From: Owenia fusiformis
Taxonomy: Eukaryota
NCBI GenBank assembly: GCA_903813345.2
Contig: CAIIXF020000001.1
Span: 45,446,001-45,510,000 of the forward strand
DNA: 64,000 bases
Reading direction: 5' to 3'
Below, one piece after another: positions 12,901 through 25,212 of the stretch. The notes under the pieces are model-generated. The model worked only from the letters and a program-made list of their open reading frames with translations. It had not been told where the DNA came from and made no database searches. Position 1 is the stretch's first letter. Each line of letters begins with the position of its first letter. Made by a program: the position numbers and the translations under genes.

Positions 12901-15693
12901 TCGGGACCTACCCTTGGGCAGATATATTATATTGGCCTCGGGATAATCCCAATATCCTGAACCTCATATAGGATAATCTCTATATACAATATTTATTGAC
13001 ATGTAAGATTCTATATTTTTCGTTTCGTTTTTTAACTTGTGTTTCCAGATACTATTACTCTACACGTATAGATTTCTTAAATAAACATCAACACAAAGAA
13101 CCGCGAGTTGTTTGTAGAATGAATCGAGGGAATTTGTTCATGCATTTTGCTTATGTTTTTCATCTAAAAAACAATAATGCACTGTAACACATTTTATTGA
13201 CTATAAGATTGCTCCGTATAATCCGCCAAAAATTTCTCATTTTCAAGGATTATCTATGGATTAACACTCGGGTATTTTTATTTTTCAAACTTCAGAGGGC
13301 TGGGAATCATTGTGCTCGACGCTTTTGAATAATATAAATGCTGTTTTAAATAGGTTTCATGTATGCCAATAACAATGAACAGAATCAATTTTTCGGTCAT
13401 ATATCACGCCATAAAATCATAAAATCTTGGTTTTTATTCCTTAAATATACAACTTATTGGGTTGCGATATAAATGAAAGCAACCCAATAATGTGTATATT
13501 TATAGGATATCCTATGATTTTGAGGAATATCATTTTTATCTACGAGGTGATATTGATATCTGCACGAGAGAGCGAAGCGAACGAGTGCATATATCAATAT
13601 CACCGAGTAGATTAAAATGATATTCTGAAAAAAATCATAGGATGTTCTTATTATCCTATACTTACAAGGAGTGTGCTAAATGTATAATATCATTGCAAAA
13701 TGAATTTCATGCCAAATAGAGTCAATTTGGCGGGAAATCAACAAGCGGAGTATACCGTCACAATATCCTCCGCATATTGGATTTTCCGGAGTATATCGTC
13801 ACGATATCCTCCGCCCGGAGTATATCGTGACGATATCCTCCGGATATTCATTTTGCCCATAAATATCAAATTTATTTTTTAATGTTATCATACATTTAGT
13901 ACACTAAGTGTAGGATAATAAAAATTAACCTTCCTGTTCTCTCAAAATCTGCTTGGAACCCTACCATTGGATTAATATGGGAAATTCCTCCAAGAGAATA
14001 TTCTAGGGATTGAAGAATTGGTGCAATTAACACAATTTGAGAAATTATTGGCATACATGAAACCTATTTAAAACAGCATTTATATTGTTCAAAAGCTTCG
14101 AGCACAATGATTCCCAGTCCTCTGAAGTTTGAAAAATAAAAATACCTGGGTGTTAATCCATGGATAATCCTTGGAATGAGAAATACTTTTTTGGATTATA
14201 TGGTGCAATATAGTCATTAAACTGATTTAAAGTGTATTCCTGTTCTTAAGATGAAAAACATAAGCGAAATGCATAAAAAACTCCCCCAATTCATTCTACA
14301 AACAACTCGCGCCTCTTTGCACAAGTTACAGCATATCAACCGGTATAGAATTTATTTCGTATGTTTTTATTCGTTTATTTCGTTCATACGAGTTCATTTC
14401 GTGATGTAAATTGTCAGTTTGAAGAATATTATATAGATGAGATATATACAGGGTGGGCCAAAAAAGCAATACCCAACTTTGAATCAGTATAAAAATAGCT
14501 ATATTCAATATGATGCATTGATTTATACATCATTTTAAAGGTAATCCCTTTTCGAACATTTTATATAGTATATAACACTATGTCATGAAATCAACATTTA
14601 AGTTTTATTATACTTATTTGGGAGGCCAGTTTGCTTTTTAAGGTCTCCAGATTTTAGGGAGAAAAAAGTAAATCTGCGGAATAATGTTAATTTTTTATTT
14701 ATAGAATATCATTTTGTGAGGTGAATACATGGTTCTATATGTGTATAGTTGTGTGACTAATTTCAGTGTTGTTTACTATCAATAAGTACTTAAAAGGGTT
14801 ATGTTAAAAGACAAGGATTTTATTTTCCAACAAGACATTGCCTCGTACAATAGATCAAAGGAGACATTGGCATGCATTCCTTTGCGAATAAGGTGTCAAT
14901 TGATCTCGATGCTTGGCCACCCAACAGCCCCGATGCTAACGTGGTTGATTGCCATACATTGTGCAATCTCAAGGAAATGGTATAATCACAAGCATCCAAT
15001 AAACAGCATTGATGAGCTGAAAGAGAATCCTAAAGTGCTTAAATGAATTGCAACAGAAATCTCTCAATAAGGCTATTGATAGATTGCGCTACTACGTACT
15101 TGAAGCTTTTTGTTGACGCAGAGGGAAAAGTGGGGTATATTGAGCAATTGTTAAAATTGGTTAAATAAATAAAGTGTAAAATGTTATTAAACAGCACTGA
15201 TCTTCATAAACAATAAATATAGTCACACAATGATGCAAATCAATATCCAAGAGAATGTATTCACCTAACAAAAAATGATATTCTATAAATAAAAAATTAA
15301 CATAATTCCTTAGATTTACTATTTTCCCCCTAAAATCTGGAGACCTTAAATACTGTAGCAACCTGGCCTCCCAAATAAGTATAATAAAACTTTACTATTG
15401 ATTTCATGACATAGTGTCACATACCAAATTGTTTGAAAATGTATAACCTTTAAAATGATATGTGAGTCAATGTACCATATTGAATGTAACTATTTTTATT
15501 CTGATTTGAAGTTGGGTATTGTTTTTTTGGCCCACCCTGTATTAAAGTAAAAACGCTCATGTTATCATCCTGAGTTTATTTTGTCTCACCATGGTAGATA
15601 AAAGTAATAATCATATTTAAATTCAAGCTATGCTACTGTACCTGTTGTCGTCACTGCCAAGACTGTTGTGATTAGGTATATTATACTCCGCAT
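920..15693 (-). CDS. Duox: Dual oxidase (Duox), 5' portion: signal peptide + peroxidase-homology ectodomain; gene continues beyond the left edge
   Basis: Coding exons in transcript order, all GT-AG and phase-consistent: 15693-15642 (MRSIIYLITTVLAVTTT signal peptide), 12310-12245 (QRFDGWYNNLAFPDWGS), 9871-9710 (AYAD..RPNAREISN..NRTALFVFFG), 9196-9006 (CPIE..CDSDFDPDCEG..TGMSPNRPRRQ), 8505-8298 (LNHVTSWIDGSSIYG), 6433-6206 (QNPALL..WFRYHN..VFEAARKWVIASLQNIVMYEWLP), 3286-3190 (AAFRFPHTMVPPG), 2044-1969 (ALRLCNTYW), 1630-1534 (SQIGEREDNILVTDLR), 1380-1208 (FSSRQDLGVLTIMRGRDNGLADFN), 1098-920 (QFKRIRDGDRFWFEN). These are diagnostic Duox motifs. Confidence 0.96.
2300..3070 (+). pseudogene. Decayed 3' end of an L1/Tx1-like LINE
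   Basis: About 2690-2745 translates as CTFCKANPETICHIVYDC, the C-terminal zinc motif of LINE ORF2. An AATAAA lies at about 3064. Boundaries are approximate. Confidence 0.55.
2429..2526. mobile_element. 98-bp MITE with TAG...CTA termini and a 9-bp TSD (Academ-like)
   Basis: TIR TAGCCTTGCCCAAGT(T/C)GGT. The direct repeat AAGATTAGC occurs at 2420-2428 and 2527-2535. Confidence 0.8.
5132..6130 (+). CDS. Class A (rhodopsin-like) GPCR, FMRFamide/sex-peptide-receptor-like orphan, nested antisense in a Duox intron
   Basis: 332-aa ORF with seven hydrophobic segments. Motifs: TM1 GTLGN, TM2 SIADT, TM3 C...LDRFVAVCFP, TM5 YIP..CN, TM7 HGINFYLYCLTGKRFR. An in-frame stop lies just upstream of the ATG, so the N-terminus is short unless an upstream exon exists. 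Confidence 0.93.
   Translation: MVYWAEYQNIANWVWLIWSPISLTLGTLGNILAFIVMRRKNIRGSSSSVYFASISIADTLVLFAGIIPTWVGELTTVFVFLLNQWTCKVFFFSLFSFADIAIWLLVGVTLDRFVAVCFPHSAKRWCTRQTASRVCLVIPIVAILKNTHLFWTKGNQWEAVGNVTSLVSVCGHPSPAYAYFETYVRPWIAMALYAYIPVIVVVICNLSIVLRLRKLRKKIKPDTIVSDRNQPKIKSSMTIMFISVSLVFLILVVPSITVIVSQPIWVKTDEDKAVSKLLSAITENMVYVHHGINFYLYCLTGKRFRAEVMTLFRSKKQYNMSAEEPTNAVQES
6580..7010 (-). pseudogene. Decayed 3' end of a LINE
   Basis: ORF 6847-7080 contains CFLCDMFEIETLDHFLFSC..FSDER, the LINE C-terminal zinc motif. Boundaries are approximate. Confidence 0.6.
12411..12980. repeat. Second double-hairpin element family
   Basis: A long imperfect hairpin spans 12838-12978. A TTATCCCAT/ATGGGATAA pair lies at about 12411/12833, with internal AGCGGGCAGATATA palindromic motifs. 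Confidence 0.65.
13094..14319. mobile_element. MITE with about 280-bp imperfect TIRs, interrupted by the 13501-13918 element
   Basis: 13094-13371 is the reverse complement of 14046-14319 (CAAAGA.CCGCGAGTTGTTTGTAGAATGAAT...CATGTATGCCAATAA). Confidence 0.8.
13501..13918. repeat. Double-hairpin non-autonomous element, copy 2 (inverted relative to copy 1), nested in a MITE
   Basis: Near-identical reverse complement of 501-905. The spurious ORFs 537-767 and 13700-13882 translate almost identically. Confidence 0.85.
14449..15539 (+). mobile_element. Tc1/mariner-derived non-autonomous element with long TIRs and a transposase remnant
   Basis: TA-CAGGGTGGGCCAAAAAA...TTTTTTGGCCCACCCTG-TA with TIRs of about 300 bp. 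The interior retains FIFQQD and a frameshifted WPPNSPD motif. Confidence 0.88.
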
Positions 15694-15864
15694 CTTCCTT
15701 TGAACTTAGACGAAAGCATCCATGGACGACTTTCTAATAGGATCTGTAAATTATAAAGGATATAAGTCATTTTTCTTGCGAAATATATCAAATTCAACAG
15801 ACATACAGGGTGTTCAATAAGCAATGACACCAGGTCTCCCACTTTTATGGCAAATGTGACATAT

Positions 15865-16480
15865 TGTTATGGTCTCCAACTTTATTGTGGATGGCGTCTG
15901 TAACACATTTCTTGTAACAAATGTCTTGTAACAGATTCTTGTAACAAAACCTTACAACGTCCAATAACTTAACAAGTACTGTTTAGACTGGCTCAAATTT
16001 TCCCAAATCCATCTACAAGTTCTCTGAAGTTACAATCTGACTTTAAATTTGAAATTTGAATTTCAATGACCTTTAAGGTAAAAAAATGTTGAATGGTCTT
16101 TTTCGAACTTGCTACTTTGCAATTTTTTTCAAAATCATCTACAAGTTCTCAGAGGTTCAAATGATCAACCGACTTTAGATTTGCAGAGATCTGACCTTCA
16201 ATGACCTTCTCAAAGTTAAAAAGAATAACATTGTATTTTTCGAACTTGCTTCAAAATTTCAAAAACATTTACAATTTCTCAAAAGTTCGAATCTGACTCT
16301 GATATTTTAGATATGACATCCAAAAAGGTCAAAAGGGTATTTGTCAACTTGAATCAAAGTGACAAATTATTTTCAAAATCGTCTTCTTTTTCTCAGAAGT
16401 TTAATTCTGACTTTAGATTTGAGATTTGACCTCCAATGACCTTCTCAAGCTAAAAAAGGACAAGGGAGTCTTTTCAATGG
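15865..16480. repeat. Helentron/HINE-like non-autonomous element with degenerate internal tandem units
   Basis: The start motif TGGTCTCCAACTTT..TGTGGA..GGCGTCTGT recurs at about 38826-38890. Degenerate TGACCTTCAATGACCTT...CATCTACAAGTTCTC units repeat at about 16010-16450. Confidence 0.45.
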
Positions 16481-17019
16481 CCTTTGAAAGGGGTGAAATT
16501 ATGTCATGTTTATGGCTTGTGTCTAAATTTTCAGTATGTCTCAAGCGTGAAATAGTGAGTTTATCTGAAAAAAACCTCCTAACCTTCAAACAGTGCTTGA
16601 CATTGCAACTTGGTGACAGGTGCGTTGACAGAGACATCGATTTTTCTCAATTTTGATGAAAAGATGTATAATATGATGGGGTTTTACATATAATTTTGCA
16701 TGATTTCAATGCAAAGTTTTTTTACGTGTATGTATAAATATATAACACATATGTGTACCAAATTTCATTGCAAAAGTCTTATTTTCCTTGAAGTTATGGC
16801 ATCAACTGCAAAATATTTTGAACCACCTAAGTAATACCGTAAGGAAAAAAATGCGCTGACCTCACCTACGAATAAGGGCATCTACTTCTATTTTAATTGT
16901 TAAAAAGTACAAAGTATTTGAATTATTACCCAATATTATATAACCGTTCGCTTTAGTGAATTGGTCGCCATAATCAACAGTAACCACAATCGTATTTTAT
17001 ATTTTTGCATACTAATATA

Positions 17020-17612
17020 CAGGGTGGGCCAAAAAACGCAACTTTTTTCAAAATGCTATAAGTTTTTTAATTTTTGATACAAAATCATAATTTGCATACC
17101 AAATATAACTTGAGGTTGTTATCTAGCCATGGATCATGAATTATACATTTTTACTTGAATAAAATATGTCACCAGCGTCTCACTTAAACATGTGGTGTGC
17201 CATGAGAAATAAGCATAATTTGCAAAATGTTCCTGAACTTATACGCCCTGATGACTGCCAAGCTAATAGTCCTAATGCAAACCCCAGTGATGTATGATGG
17301 TATGAAGGCACCCAATCTAAAAAATTGCTCAACTAAAGCTGGCAATTAAGACACGTTGATAAAAAATATAGCTAACATTTCATTAATACTGCTATATCAG
17401 CAAGGCTAAAACTAAAATCTATCATCAAATAGGGTGGCGGACGAATTTAACTCCTCTTTTAGATCAAATATAATCCCAGTTGAAGGACTTGTTACATTAT
17501 ATTATTACTAAGAACCCTTGGCACTATATAACTGCAAAATTTGGGGTATGTGGGTTGGAAAATAAAAAGGTTATAGTGTCTTGAAAAAAGTGGCGTTTTT
17601 TGGCCCACCCTA
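17020..17612. mobile_element. Tc1/mariner-type MITE (CAGGGTGGGCC family), copy 1
   Basis: Same termini as 14449-15539. The whole element matches the reverse complement of 56276-56896. Confidence 0.85.
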
Positions 17613-17639
17613 CTCAGTTTCGTTTTTTTAAATGACGTT

Positions 17640-18150
17640 TAATAGAGAAAATGACTATGATCAACATTAAAGGTGTTTACGAAAATGGTGGCCATTTTGA
17701 AATGCAGCTGTCATCTTGAAAATGTCTTCCCTAGATATTAGCATATGGAATTTGAACCAAATCCGTCCACTGCTATTTGAGTTTTCAAAGAATACGTTTT
17801 TTACGAAAAATGGCGGCCACTTCTTCAGCAAACCTCCTTTGTCCCTATCAGCATATAGAAGTAAAGCCAAACCCGTCAACTAGAACTTGAATTATCAAAG
17901 ATTACATGTTTTACAAAAAATAGCGGCCATTTTAAACTGAGGGGCCATATTGAAAATTCCTTCTCGAGCAGATGTCCTACACCCTTAAGGCATGAGCCTA
18001 TAAATGTGAATCAAATCTGTCATTCGGTATTCGAGTTATCGCCCGGACAAACGAACGGACGGACAAACACATTAGAAGGACGGACAAATGCACGGACGGA
18101 CGAACGCATGGATGGACGGACGGATGGCTTCTCTATATCCCTTCAGAAAC
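17640..18150. repeat. Helentron/HINE-like element with a (GGAC)n microsatellite
   Basis: Repeated AAAATGGCGGCC motifs, followed by a GGAC/GGAT microsatellite at about 18045-18125. Confidence 0.45.
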
Positions 18151-21100
18151 TTGAGAGCCAATGACAATAGCAGCGAATTCGAGTCATCCATGTTTGATCT
18201 GATGTCTCGAATCTATTTTTACAATCTTTGGCTGGTTATGTGAACATTGACCTGTTTGTTGAAGAATTGTATCCATTGACCAAGATGGCATGCTCTATAT
18301 GATCTCTATTGCAACTGAATGGTCTACAAGGTCATTGCATGGAAGAATTAAATTATATACTTACTCAAAAATGATTCAACATATCCATTTTTAATCTGCT
18401 GTGAAACATGTTGAAAATGGTAAATCAGTTGCAAACTACGTGATCTACGTGTTTTCAAAAATAGCCATGCTATCTAATATGTATTTGGAGAGCAACTCTT
18501 GGACCATTTTATCACATTTGTAACGTGAACAGCTTTTCTTTTCTTTTACTTCTTGAGTAACCCATTCAGTTTGGAGTAAACATTTTACAAACGTGCATGT
18601 GCAAAAAGAAATGAAAAGATCTTACAAAAAAACCTTTTGCCTGTATCCTCTGATGTTTGAGCTTGTTCCTGAAGCTGATGTTTCAATCGGTTGTCTAATC
18701 TTGTATGTCGATCCGAAATACCATCAATAGTAGATTTCACGCGATCTTATTTATACATTTCCGAGTGTTGTGTTGCATCAAGAGTACTGTTTATGTCGCC
18801 ATTGTTATTAGCAAAGTTTCTTGTCTATGCTATACTACATAAACCTGTCACAATATGTGAGACATATTACTCAGGTAGGTGGAGGACGGATTTTGCTTGT
18901 CATTAATGTCCACTGGCGGCAAGCACGTTTGCTTCTGATGTAAGAAGAACGTCTAGTTATGGACGATAATAGAGGCTTTATTAGTATATAATGTACCTTG
19001 TTATAGCTGCTCGGAGTGAGAGAACAAGGAATTATTCAATACATTAAATGCAGAAGTGAATAAAAGTCTGAACGGGAGAAATTTCTAACTTCAGCAAAAT
19101 CAACAGTCGGAGTTTCTGTCAAGTATATGTAAAACAAACAGCAAAAACACATATGCAATAGTTATTAAGAAAAACAAAAAGCTGATAACAAGTCATATAG
19201 ATTTGGATTTTGTGTCGATTGTGTGAGAACGTATAATATTATAAGTTGTAGATATAAATCAAAGATCTGCCATTCGCCACATTGCAATTAAACGATTTTG
19301 TAATATCAGCGGATGACCTTCGTCGTTCTTTTCTTCATCTGACTGTGTCCTCAAAACAGGTAAGTTGTGTTTTTGTTGATTTCCTTTGTTTTGTTTTGTA
19401 TCATTTTCTTTTCATAATATAAATTATCCATTTGGTAATTGGTGTATTTGTCCTCAAGTTATAAATTAATTTCAATTGTAACAACATTAACTTAAATGTA
19501 AAATGAATGACACTTAAGAGGTACGCATATAGGCAAAGGTATACCATTAACATGTGTTGATATTTGGGCTAGATGTAATTTAAACCAGCATTTGGATCCT
19601 CTATTGAACGAAATAATGTTTCCTATTGTACTCTATTTAGATCGATGACCTTTTTGACGTTGGTATATTTTGATTTTGGATTAAAGAAAGCCTCCATTTG
19701 GATGTGCAAATGTTTCCCTATAATTTAGATGTTTGCTAGATGCGTATCATTCATGATGATAAACTTTTTAAACAATTCATATCATTTATATAGGCCTGTG
19801 TTGATGTGTTTCCCCAACGTTCAACTTGGTAATAAATGCCAGTATATCTATCAAGATAAACATTCATGATAAAGTGATTCGATATATCTTTTGCGAGTTA
19901 TCGTACTGCGCGAAATCCATTTTGTTGATTCATGTATATTACGTAAAACTAAACTAATGTATTTATGTTTGTGTTCGATTGTGCATGCTTTCTAATTTAT
20001 GGTTTTGCATTGCATTTGCATGAGTGGTTAGCTATATTCATAATTGTACGATATTTCACATTGCAAAAAGTGAATGTTTGAAAATATATCTTAATGCAGA
20101 ATATAAATACATAATTTCAAAAATACTCATTGATTCAGCATTTATATAGTACGCACTCACCTTCGTCACAAAATCACAAATTGAAGACCCGCATCTGTTA
20201 GGTAGATCGATGGCGTTTGCTTTTCAATTATTGTGTTGGTGACCTTGAGATATTTGTAATATGTCAAATCTTTTCAATTTGAAGAGTTAATTCTGAAGAA
20301 TTTGAAAAATCGACTTACCCCGTGGATGGACAGTTGTAGTTTTTACAGCTTTCTTTATTACTTCTCCACTTATGCGTCTTAAATTATAAAATAAGCTCTC
20401 AATAAAACGTGAAAAGGTTTGGTACCTTTGTAGTTCAAAGTTATGACTACTCGATGTTTAAGTTTGATGTTTAACATTCATAAAACTTATTCAAAGTGAT
20501 ATAGTTTGATGCAGTAATTAGTAGCTATGGCCCAAAGCCTAAAAACAACTGTGTAGTATGTTTTAATTCCGGTAAAATTAGGCTTATATTAAATGATTGC
20601 ATGCCCTTTGGCAGAAATGAATTCCTCAATGGTTTGGCAGTGATTCTGTCAGATGCGATGTGATGCAGCCAAAGTACAGTTTGTAAATCAAATCAGTATA
20701 TGGATTACTTAGCTACATACGCTAGACATTAAAAGGATGCTAATTTATTACAATAAGACATTTTTATTGTTTTAAGATATGTTAAGGAACTTAAATGAGG
20801 ACTTATAATCGTGGAAATGGGCCTGGAAGGTACAGTGTACGTTCAGATCCTCTACACATGCGCGCAAGACACCGTATTACGTGTAGTTTTGAACGTGTGT
20901 TCTGAGAACAAAAGGCGTTTACTGTCAAATTATGTCACAATTTACGAAAGTATTGAACTTATAATTTGAACAAATGACGATAACATTTCAGGGTCAACAT
21001 TTTTTCATTTAACTTAATAAACACATACTGATTCATTGTCAGGTCCACAAACATTTCTTGATATCGTTAACGTCATATTTTTAATTTTCTGCAATTTTAT

Positions 21101-24100
21101 TGATAATTTATTATTTTAGAGCAACACACTTACGTTTGTGTGTTTCTAATCCTGCATATGGTTTATTGATGAGATAGTTATCTAAATTGTGTCCAAATCG
21201 CATACACCTGGGTACAACCATGGGCGTCCTTGGTACAACTGAATGTCGAGAGAGCCGAAATATGATCACCGTAACCCCTTTCGATAAATCAAAACAATAG
21301 TCAGTATATATTTTTGTTCCAGGGCCCCATGACGAACTAATCCATACACCACAGAAGAGAAACACAAATCACAATAGGTAAGTTCTCGTTTATGAATTCT
21401 AAATATTGTGAACAGTTTTATTATCTGTAACAAACATGATACTGCTTTACCATTCTCAACTATTTCAATTAAGGACCATGTATATGGTTTAACATGTCTA
21501 TACAAAATGATTTCTCTTCTCGTTTATTGTCTGATCGTTGGTACTGTAGTGATTTGTTTAAACTTCGATGTTACATACATACATTACAACTTGAAGCACG
21601 ATTCTGAATTTTCAAAGCAATCAGAATCTGATCAAATGTTTGCACATATTTTTTGCTGAGAAAATTGTGGTGAGAGAAATGCTACTAACTGTGTATGTTA
21701 ATAGTTAACCTAATATGTGACAAAACTATTGATATGATGGTACATGATAAGGCCAAAGATAGAAAGCATAATGAGTTGCATGAAACGTTTAACGTTACAC
21801 GAATCTATGTTTATAAACGCCAAAGCGGTATCGAAACATTGATGACAAATTAGCGACGTATTTGAAAAGGTAAGTATTTTAAGAAATTTTAATTGTTGCG
21901 TCTTTGACTGAAGATCTACGAAGATCTAAAACATTAGTTGCAGCCCAGAAAGTACAGAGAGTTCATTGCGAAGAAACCATTGATATATTCTTTCATAGAT
22001 ATCTCCTTATCTTGGTGAAAGGAAACGTGAACTTATACTGTTATATAATTCACGTACAGTAATTAGATATGATCTAATTCTTATTGTCGTATTCTCCACA
22101 TCGGAGTGAATCCAAGGATGACATATGGTCGATAATGTTCGATAATGATAATCTAAAGCAACCTGAGACAACAATGAACCTCAAAACAAAAAACGTCATG
22201 CAAACTTAACTGACATAAGAAAATATACAAAAAGAATAGAATCGATACATGTGGATCGCTCTGATCATACTGAGCATACTGCAACGGATGTGAATTGTAA
22301 CATCCTGGAAATTTGCTTTCTAGTTTGAAAAAGGACATGCGCTTTAAGTTGATTGCCATCTTGTTAATGAGATATAATTACGAAACCTTTGTTGATGTAT
22401 TACCTTAGGATATAAGCTGTTTACAGTGGCATACATATTATACATGTACCATCGCATAATTACGAGCAATCCTTATTTCATCTACTGGTTTGATTGTAAC
22501 AAGTATTCGGTTTATTAATCGTTAATGGTCCTTTTTCCATAAAGCTTTGAAATCTTGTTAAGGTCTCGTTTTAATGTGATTTTAGTAGATCTGCTCTTTT
22601 GACCATGAAAGACTAAAATTTTCTTCCATTTGATGGCATATTTGAATTACCTGTGTAATTTCCTATCAAATCAACTTTGATTTGCACTGTTATTTGCCTT
22701 TATTCAAATTCTAATGATTTTCTAGTTGTCTGAAAAAGGTCGGGCTGAATCCCCATTGCCCCATTTTGGCCCCTTAGGCATTCACAAAGTTTTTGCTTTA
22801 ATCTGTTGGAATGACGTTCATTTTGATCACTTGTTTCTACTACCATCATTATGTTAGTCAGCATTGTCAGTATTATAGTATTTACTATTGTACTTCTACT
22901 ATTACAACTTACAAGTGTCAGAGCCTTGTACACTGTAGACCTCTTTAAAACGACAAAGGGTAGTTTGACTTCTCAGTATAGTGTATCTATTCAAAGAGGT
23001 TCTGAAACATAAAAATGAAAATGAAAGACCACGATCTAATACGTGCATGTCAACTAGAATGAAAATACGTTTTCCAATGCTTGCAAGGTAAACGTACGCG
23101 TCATTATATGGTATTGTTAAATCGTTTACAACTCGTTTATTTAAATATCGTAGTACTAGCAGACTTTGCCTTTGTACCTAATATCAGATATTGCTGCAAT
23201 ATCCACTATAGTAAATATTTTTTGAAATATTTTAGTTTTAATTCATTAAGTGATTGTCTATAGCTATGGGGTGAGAATTTTTGGCATGATAACATCCATT
23301 GACGGGATTGTTAACATTCTCATTGTCGGTCATGCATTTATTAAAATTTTGGCCAGATATTTTATTTTAGCTTGATGATATATATTTACCTTAAAGATGA
23401 GCAAAGAACTCCCTTGAATAGCAATCAATGTGAGATGCCTACAAGCAACAAAACTGGATCAAGATCTCTCTGACTTATTTGTCAAGGTTTTTAAATTGAT
23501 GTTGATGATGTGATTTTTCGAATGTAACGTTGATAGCCAAGGGCGTCTAATGATTTAATTAAATGCATCCAATTAATAAGAGTCATTGACTATAAAACGT
23601 ACAACAACGGGTATGGGTCATAAGTACTGGTAGTAACAATAAATTATATTTTACTCGTGACCTCGCGAAGTTTTATAGAGGTCAGTTAGACAATATGTAA
23701 GAACCTTGTATAATCAGTCAATTACCATTGCGTCATTGCAAATTAGTTAAACCATTGATGAGGATCTAGCGAAAGAGTCAGCCTATTGTGCTCAAGTAAA
23801 GCTAACCGAATGAAAATATAAAACTATGAGCAAGTAGTAATACACAAGACATCCAAAACCTCTCTAAATGATTTTACAATAAAATAATAATCAAGACACC
23901 TGCTTGGAATCTCCTCCTTTTAAGGTCACCTGAAATTTATGGCATACCATCGTGACATCCGTCAGTCATACTGAAGACCTTCCAGTTATTAAAGTTGCGG
24001 TTTGCTCATGTAAGTTTAATGGGGATAAGGTATTGTACAGAGGAAGTATGTCTAATGTACGATTATTCATTGTTTTGAGGCTAGGGGATAAAACCATCCA

Positions 24101-25212
24101 TCACATGAAGATACTATCAGAGTTTTATTTCCAATTGTCCCTGACAGCATAAGTGTCCAATTAATAAATAAAACATATTGATAAAACATATCAATTTATC
24201 TTATTTCCTTTTCAAGTTGATTGTTTATATCTTTGGCATCAAGAAAAGACAACATATGCAGGAAGTTAAAGGTCAAAGGACAGCCCAAGAATGTGACGTT
24301 GGCCATCTTGATAGTACGAAGCTACATCTGTAATACATATTACCTTTAGCAATAAAGAAGAACCTGCGCTGTATTGATAGGAAAACGTAATTATGGATCA
24401 TGTAAAACTGCATGTTTGCAAAGAAATTAAACATATAAATATCCAGTCAAATATGTCATACTAATTATTCTAAAATGAGATGGATTTGGTTAACTTTCCG
24501 GCTGGACAAACATAAATATAAAAGGTTAGACATTTGTACTATTTAAAGCGCAGCTTTACATAAATTCATCTATTTGATTATTCTCAATTTGCACTGCTTC
24601 GTGTAGTAGAATTACACAAAACGGATTTATCAATAAACATGGATCCCCAGAAAGGAGCTGTTTAAATAACTAAAGGGTCAATATGGAGTGAACAAGAGTT
24701 TGGACAAATAACAACTGGAAGATTTGTCCGAGTTTCATAATTTATTATGGCATAATAACGGGATGGTTTCATAACTAAACTTAAATGAACTACAGTTGCC
24801 GAAAGCGCAGCGTCATTTCTTAGTGTTTGCATTTAGCAAGACGAATTATAAAACTAAGTATTTAACAAACAAAACACACGGTCTATTGTTGACGATATTT
24901 TACTTTTCAATTGTAGTTGTTTTTTATAGTTTGGATTTTATTAATCGAAAACAATTTAAACATATTTAAGATAACAAAGGATCGATGAGTATTTAAAACA
25001 TCGTATTGATGTCCAATATATATTGATAGCCAATATCTTAATTGGAGGGTTGAGGAGTCCTTTAAAACATTATTGTTGTTCCATAATTGTATCGTAATAG
25101 ATCGTTTGTATTAGCTTTGCATTATAGTAATGTTTTATAGAGGTATCTTGTGTTTTGTAGATAGTATTTCTTTTCATAATGCTCTAATGTTTTAGATATA
25201 TGGTGGCATTTT

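Noticed and set aside
19400..25200. Short ORFs between Duox and DuoxA
   Set aside because: No recognisable motifs or consistent exon chain were found. The region is likely 5' UTR introns and decayed repeats.
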